DNA from: Candidatus Woesebacteria bacterium
Lineage (GTDB): Bacteria; Patescibacteriota; Microgenomatia; UBA8517
Reading direction: 5' to 3'
DNA: 64,000 nucleotides
NCBI GenBank assembly: GCA_013374835.1
Contig: CP055307.1
Span: 343,315-407,314 of the forward strand
Below the pieces are notes generated by a model that saw only the letters and a program-made list of their open reading frames with translations, was not told where the DNA came from and did no database searches. Positions 59,842 to 64,000 of this stretch are shown here, in pieces. How positions within the stretch are numbered: position 1 is the stretch's first letter; the number at the start of each line of letters is the position of its first letter. A program made the position numbers and the translations under genes.

Positions 59842-60420
59842 ATGTACATAGAATTTGAAGCAACATTCACAAATATAGATAAAGATAATATTCGCGCACG
59901 ACTTAGAAAAGCCGGAGCAAGGCTTATTAAAAGAGAATTCCTGCAAAAACGAACTGTTTTTAACCTTCCCAAAGACCATGAAATAAAAGGCGGCTGGCTT
60001 AGGGTCCGAGATGAGGGAGATAAAATCACAATGAGCCTTAAAATAGTGGACGGAAACAAGATTGAAAACCAAAAAGAGACGCAGCTTATTGTTGATAATT
60101 TTGAAAATGCTGTGGATATTCTTGAAAGCATTGGTTGCATAAATAAAGCGTATCAGGAAACAAAACGAGAGCTCTGGAAACTTGGAGGAGTTGAAGTAAC
60201 GATTGACGAATGGCCATTTCTGGAACCTTTTGTTGAAATTGAAGGCAAATCTGAGAAAGAAGTTAAAATGGCTGCAGAGAAATTAGGGTTTGACTATTCC
60301 AAGGCAAAATTCTGCTCGGTGGATACACTCTACAGTGAAAAATATGGATTTCCAGAAGACCACTTTAACAATCACTCTCCCAAAATTGTTTTTGACATGG
60401 AAAATCCATTTTTAAAATAA
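59842..60420 (+). CDS. CYTH domain (class IV adenylate cyclase-like) protein
   Basis: IEFEA, WLRVRDEG, QETKRELW, FVEIEG. Confidence 0.85.
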   Translation: MYIEFEATFTNIDKDNIRARLRKAGARLIKREFLQKRTVFNLPKDHEIKGGWLRVRDEGDKITMSLKIVDGNKIENQKETQLIVDNFENAVDILESIGCINKAYQETKRELWKLGGVEVTIDEWPFLEPFVEIEGKSEKEVKMAAEKLGFDYSKAKFCSVDTLYSEKYGFPEDHFNNHSPKIVFDMENPFLK

Positions 60421-60422
60421 AG

Positions 60423-60610
60423 ATGGAATCATCTCACGTAATTGAAATTTACAAGTTGTTTATATCAAATAATATTGATGTTTGGTTGGATGGTGGCTGG
60501 GGAGTGGATGCTCTCTTGGGAAAGCAAACACGCAAGCATGGAGATGTTGATATTGTGGTTCAGCAAAAGACGTGTTAAAACTCCTTAAACTTTTAAGGGA
60601 AAGGTGTATT
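60423..60610 (+). pseudogene. Lincosamide/aminoglycoside-2''-type nucleotidyltransferase remnant
   Basis: WLDGGWGVDALLGKQTRKHGDVDI then frameshift and truncation. Confidence 0.8.
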
Positions 60611-60801
60611 TGGATATGATTTTAGAGAATAAAGCGAGAATATTCTTTAAAGATTGGAAAATGAAAAAATGTGTTTGCCCAAAATGTAATAAAAGAATTG
60701 TGACAGTTTATACGATTCACGGCAGAACTCCTGCAAAAATTAATCATGGAGAGGTAAGGACTTAGATTTTTAAGATTAAACCAAAAGTCTGATTTCATCC
60801 T

Positions 60802-61188
60802 TCATACTTCATATTGAAATCTATCTTTGGGAACACTTGGTGCTTTGACAACAAGAAGTTCTGTTCTTCCCTGAGCAGAAATGTTTTTTAATCTAGTTTC
60901 TGGATATACCACTAAAAATTCTTTTTCTGAAATCTCGACTATCTCTCCATTTACTTGTGCCTTGTATTTTCCTTTTATGACAATATTTATTTCAACTCCT
61001 TTTTTATGATAATGTGGTCTTTCTTCTTCAAACTTTTCAGGCAGTTTTTTGTAAGCTATTTCAACTTCATCGGTTTGTAAAATTGGAAATCCTTTTTCAC
61101 CCATAAATTGACCAATAAAATAACCACTGAACTTTTGAAAATCTTCGAGCTTTCCCTTGAAAAATTTGTCTTTGTTAGTTCTTTTCAT
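60802..61188 (-). CDS. Cupin domain protein
   Basis: PHYHKKGVEINIVIKG, LLVVKAPS. Confidence 0.8.
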   Translation of the reverse strand: MKRTNKDKFFKGKLEDFQKFSGYFIGQFMGEKGFPILQTDEVEIAYKKLPEKFEEERPHYHKKGVEINIVIKGKYKAQVNGEIVEISEKEFLVVYPETRLKNISAQGRTELLVVKAPSVPKDRFQYEV

Positions 61189-61242
61189 TTCCTAATTATC
61201 TCATACTCAAACCATTACTTTTAAAACTGAGTTTATTTTTTT

Positions 61243-62331
61243 TCAATTTCTTCTTTTCCTTGCTAGTATTATTTGGTGTCTTTCTCCACCAGAAGTATCA
61301 ATTTCGTCTGAAATAATATCAAAGCCGGCATTTTTAACCATTTTTTTATTTTTCTCCGGACCATAATGACTCCAGTACATTTTGGTTCCATGGAAATTTT
61401 CAATTCCTTCCCAATCGCTTGCTCCCATACTAACTAGGATCAGGCCGTTTTTGGGCAAGAATGAATTTATCACCCCAAAAAGCTTTTGATGTTTTTTTCT
61501 GGAGATATGAAAAATTGTGTAAAAAGAAACTACTGCGTCTACCCTGTATTCTCTACTTTCTAAATCAGTTAGATCTTTAACTTCAAATTTGCCTTTGGGT
61601 ATGTTTTTTCTTGCCAACTCTATTTGTTTTTGGGAAATATCTATTCCTATTATCTTGTGTCCTTTATCGGTTAAAAATTTATCAATCGGTTTTCCTGATC
61701 CGCATCCGATATCCAGAATTGTTGAATTCGGTTTTAGTAATGAGTTTAGTTTTTTTAGATATTTGAAATCTTTAAATTGACTTCTAGTTGACAAATATTT
61801 GTTTGCAATTTTATTGTAGCCTTTGCGAACAATCTCTCTGCTAAGTATTTGGTTGTAAAACTCATACTTTGCTCTTTGATAATCTCGGAAACTTTTCCCG
61901 TTAAATTTTAATTTTAAGTTCTCGTATCTTTTCAGAAGCTTTTTATTTGATTTTAATATTTCAAAAACTTTGATTTGTTTCTCTGGTGGTTCAGTTAAAT
62001 AAAGTTCGACCGGATAGCCACTTTTGTCGAATTTCCACTCGATAAAAGTTTTATGGATGTGTTTTGGTGCACCAAAAAGTTTTTTCAAGTTTGGCAGATA
62101 TTTATCAAAATCCTTTGGTTCTGAAAGGACATAAATATCAATGTCGTTTTGCCCAGCAATCCCAAGAGCGGTTGATCCCATAAATAAAACTTTAACTTTT
62201 GGCAACGCCTTTTTAATTTTGGAAACAACAGAATCTCCCACCTTTTTGGCTTGTTGGTCAAATGGCTTAATAGAAGCCTTTTTAGAAGCAGGGATCTTTT
62301 TTAAATAATCTTTCTCGTCTTTAGTAAGCAT
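61243..62331 (-). CDS. GrpB-like nucleotidyltransferase fused to class I SAM methyltransferase
   Basis: GSTALGIAGQNDIDI, YENLK, YQRAK; then ILDIGCGSG, GIDIS; start MLTKDE at 62331. Confidence 0.8.
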   Translation of the reverse strand: MLTKDEKDYLKKIPASKKASIKPFDQQAKKVGDSVVSKIKKALPKVKVLFMGSTALGIAGQNDIDIYVLSEPKDFDKYLPNLKKLFGAPKHIHKTFIEWKFDKSGYPVELYLTEPPEKQIKVFEILKSNKKLLKRYENLKLKFNGKSFRDYQRAKYEFYNQILSREIVRKGYNKIANKYLSTRSQFKDFKYLKKLNSLLKPNSTILDIGCGSGKPIDKFLTDKGHKIIGIDISQKQIELARKNIPKGKFEVKDLTDLESREYRVDAVVSFYTIFHISRKKHQKLFGVINSFLPKNGLILVSMGASDWEGIENFHGTKMYWSHYGPEKNKKMVKNAGFDIISDEIDTSGGERHQIILARKRRN

Positions 62332-62394
62332 GTTTTGATTATACCGCGTAATCAGTAAATGGGATGGTGCAGTAGAACAAACCAATATTATTAT

Positions 62395-62610
62395 TTTTGT
62401 GTTAATATGTAAAATTATGAAATCAGTTGTTTTGTGTGGTAGCCGAAGATTCAAACCCCAAATCAGAAAATTTGCACAGGAATTAAAGAAAAAGGGGGCC
62501 ACCGTTCTTGAGCTATGTTTAAGACGTGGGGATGAGAACCAAAGAACCCCGACAAAATCAAAATTCTTGAAAATGCCCTTAAGAAAATCCACCTAGATGT
62601 TAAGGTAGTG
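62395..62610 (+). pseudogene. Chimeric remnant: 5' of a paralog of the 49214 gene joined to 5' of a paralog of the 63332 gene
   Basis: MKSVVLCGSRRFKPQIRKF..GDE followed (other frame) by KNPDKIKILENALKKIHL. Confidence 0.8.
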
Positions 62611-62627
62611 GAGGGCGGGGATAAATT

Positions 62628-63257
62628 ATGACAATAAGAGACAGAATCAGAAGAATAAAGCACCTTCAAAACAAATACTTTATTTGTGTTTTAGAGTACC
62701 CTAGAGATGTTAAAAACATTGCAACTGCTATAAGAAATATTTCTGCCTTTGGTGTTGAAAAGCTATATGTCGTTGGCGGTCCTGATGTGGTGCGGGACTT
62801 TGATTCTGCAAGAAGAAATAAGCGTATAAAAAATCTCTCAGCTGGAGCTAATAAATGGGTGTTTGTGAAACATTTTAAAACTACTGCTCAGTGCATAAAA
62901 CACCTTAAAGACAATCTTTATACAATAGCCGTCACTTCATCTCATCAAAAAGGGAAAAAGACTGTAAATTTATATGAGGAGACGTTCACTCAAAGACGAT
63001 TGTCTGTTTGGTTTGGCAATGAGAGCAAAGGTGTTACTGACGAAGCCTTTGAGAATGCTGATATGTGTATAAGAATTCCAATGGGCGGAATAGTCGAGAG
63101 TCTAAATCTTGGAACAAGTACGGGTATTATCTTAAGCTATATTGGTTATCAGAGATTAAAATATATCTACTTGCACAATAAGGTACATTTTAAACCAAAG
63201 GGATTAAAAAATCTCAAAATGCGCTCTTGGGAGGATTTTATAGAAAGAAGAGATTAA
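62628..63257 (+). CDS. SpoU/TrmH-family RNA 2'-O-methyltransferase
   Basis: NIATAIRN, FGNESKGV, IPMGGIVESLNL. Confidence 0.9.
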   Translation: MTIRDRIRRIKHLQNKYFICVLEYPRDVKNIATAIRNISAFGVEKLYVVGGPDVVRDFDSARRNKRIKNLSAGANKWVFVKHFKTTAQCIKHLKDNLYTIAVTSSHQKGKKTVNLYEETFTQRRLSVWFGNESKGVTDEAFENADMCIRIPMGGIVESLNLGTSTGIILSYIGYQRLKYIYLHNKVHFKPKGLKNLKMRSWEDFIERRD

Positions 63258-63331
63258 TTCAAAAATTTTGAAATTTACTTTTTTAGCTAGTCTTCTTTGA
63301 TTATGTCCAACATGCGGCTATAATTCATTGT

Positions 63332-64000
63332 ATGAAAGTAATTCTTGGCTCGAAAAATACCGATAAAATAAAAATTCTCAAAAATGCATTGGCAGAAATC
63401 CACTTAGAAGCTGAAGTTTTTGGCATTGAGGTAGACTCACAAATTGCCAACCAGCCGCTAGATAAAGAGGTAACCCAGATGGGTGCGATTAATCGAGCCC
63501 GAAATGCAAGGAAGATAAAGCCTGATGCTGATTTTTGGTTCGGTTTAGAAGGAGGACTTCATGATTACGGCGAGGGATATCACCTGGTAACTTTTGCTTG
63601 TTTAATAAATAAAAGCGGCAATCAATTTATTGGCGAAGGTGAGGAAATTCATTTACCAGAGGAGGTTTCAAAGAAAATTAAAAATGGAGGATGGTTTGGA
63701 GATGCAATCCGAGAATATGCCAAGGACCACAAAATTGATGAGAATTTAATTACCAGATTATCCCCGTTTAAGCAAGCTGCTCAAAATGCATATACGGAAT
63801 ATTTAAAAGTGTATGGAAATTTGGAATATCGAAAGAAGGTCTCCGGGATAATTACTGATAATGAAGGCAAATATTTAATAGTTCAGCTTATTGATTACAG
63901 CGAAGACTACTGGAACTGGCCAGGAGGGGGAATGGAGAGGGGAGAAAGACCTGAAGAAACAATTCTGCGTGAACTGAAGGAGGAGCTTGGAACAGATAAG
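63332..64000 (+). CDS. YjjX/DUF84 inosine-xanthosine triphosphatase fused to NUDIX hydrolase (3' truncated by window edge)
   Basis: Manual translation: GSKNTDK, QP...GAINRARNA, GLEGG; then WNWPGGGMERGERPEETILRELKEELG. Confidence 0.85.
   Translation, partial: MKVILGSKNTDKIKILKNALAEIHLEAEVFGIEVDSQIANQPLDKEVTQMGAINRARNARKIKPDADFWFGLEGGLHDYGEGYHLVTFACLINKSGNQFIGEGEEIHLPEEVSKKIKNGGWFGDAIREYAKDHKIDENLITRLSPFKQAAQNAYTEYLKVYGNLEYRKKVSGIITDNEGKYLIVQLIDYSEDYWNWPGGGMERGERPEETILRELKEELGTDK

Noticed and set aside
59359-62592. Long N-terminal extensions and overlaps of ORFs 59359-60072, 59755-60420 and 61243-62592
   Set aside because: Downstream ATGs (59802, 59842, 62331) with adjacent -10 boxes match domain starts and remove the overlaps.
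48700-64000. Integron cassette array
   Set aside because: No tyrosine integrase and no recurring GTTRRRY/RYYYAAC attC palindromes seen between genes.

Overview
Bacterial chromosome segment (genetic code 11) that looks like a Candidate Phyla Radiation (Patescibacteria, probably Microgenomates) genome. That call rests on rpmD missing from the spc operon, streamlined aaRS/Rel/RNase Y, and many apparently leaderless genes. Layout: (1) 1-8100, end of the spc/alpha ribosomal operons. (2) ~9100-16730, a decayed island anchored at tRNA-Pro(GGG) with a large serine recombinase, an IS481-like element splitting a DUF3160 gene, Xre pseudogenes and a phage-like relic. (3) 16750-48680, mostly housekeeping genes (recA/recX/rny/HU, miaA, RNase P RNA, dtd, nth, secDF, cca, recJ, rel, aspS, gltX, tRNA-Gln). 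It also holds an accessory block at 33.6-37.7 kb with a DGR-type C-type-lectin target gene and a truncated template-repeat relic but no reverse transcriptase. (4) 48700-64000, a mosaic island downstream of tRNA-Gln with a Gld-like ABC transporter, archaeal-type ValRS, a KsgA-like methylase, an AbiE-type TA pair and many small nucleotide-handling enzymes. Several of these have their own -10 box and are separated by fragments of paralogous genes. Best leads: the orphan DGR target with TR relic, the attC-less array of self-promoting genes with a chimeric paralog scar, bidirectional leaderless promoters, the symmetric element before the recombinase, a CC1/Cren7-like small protein, and a structured rny leader. 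All calls are from motif recognition only; no searches were run.
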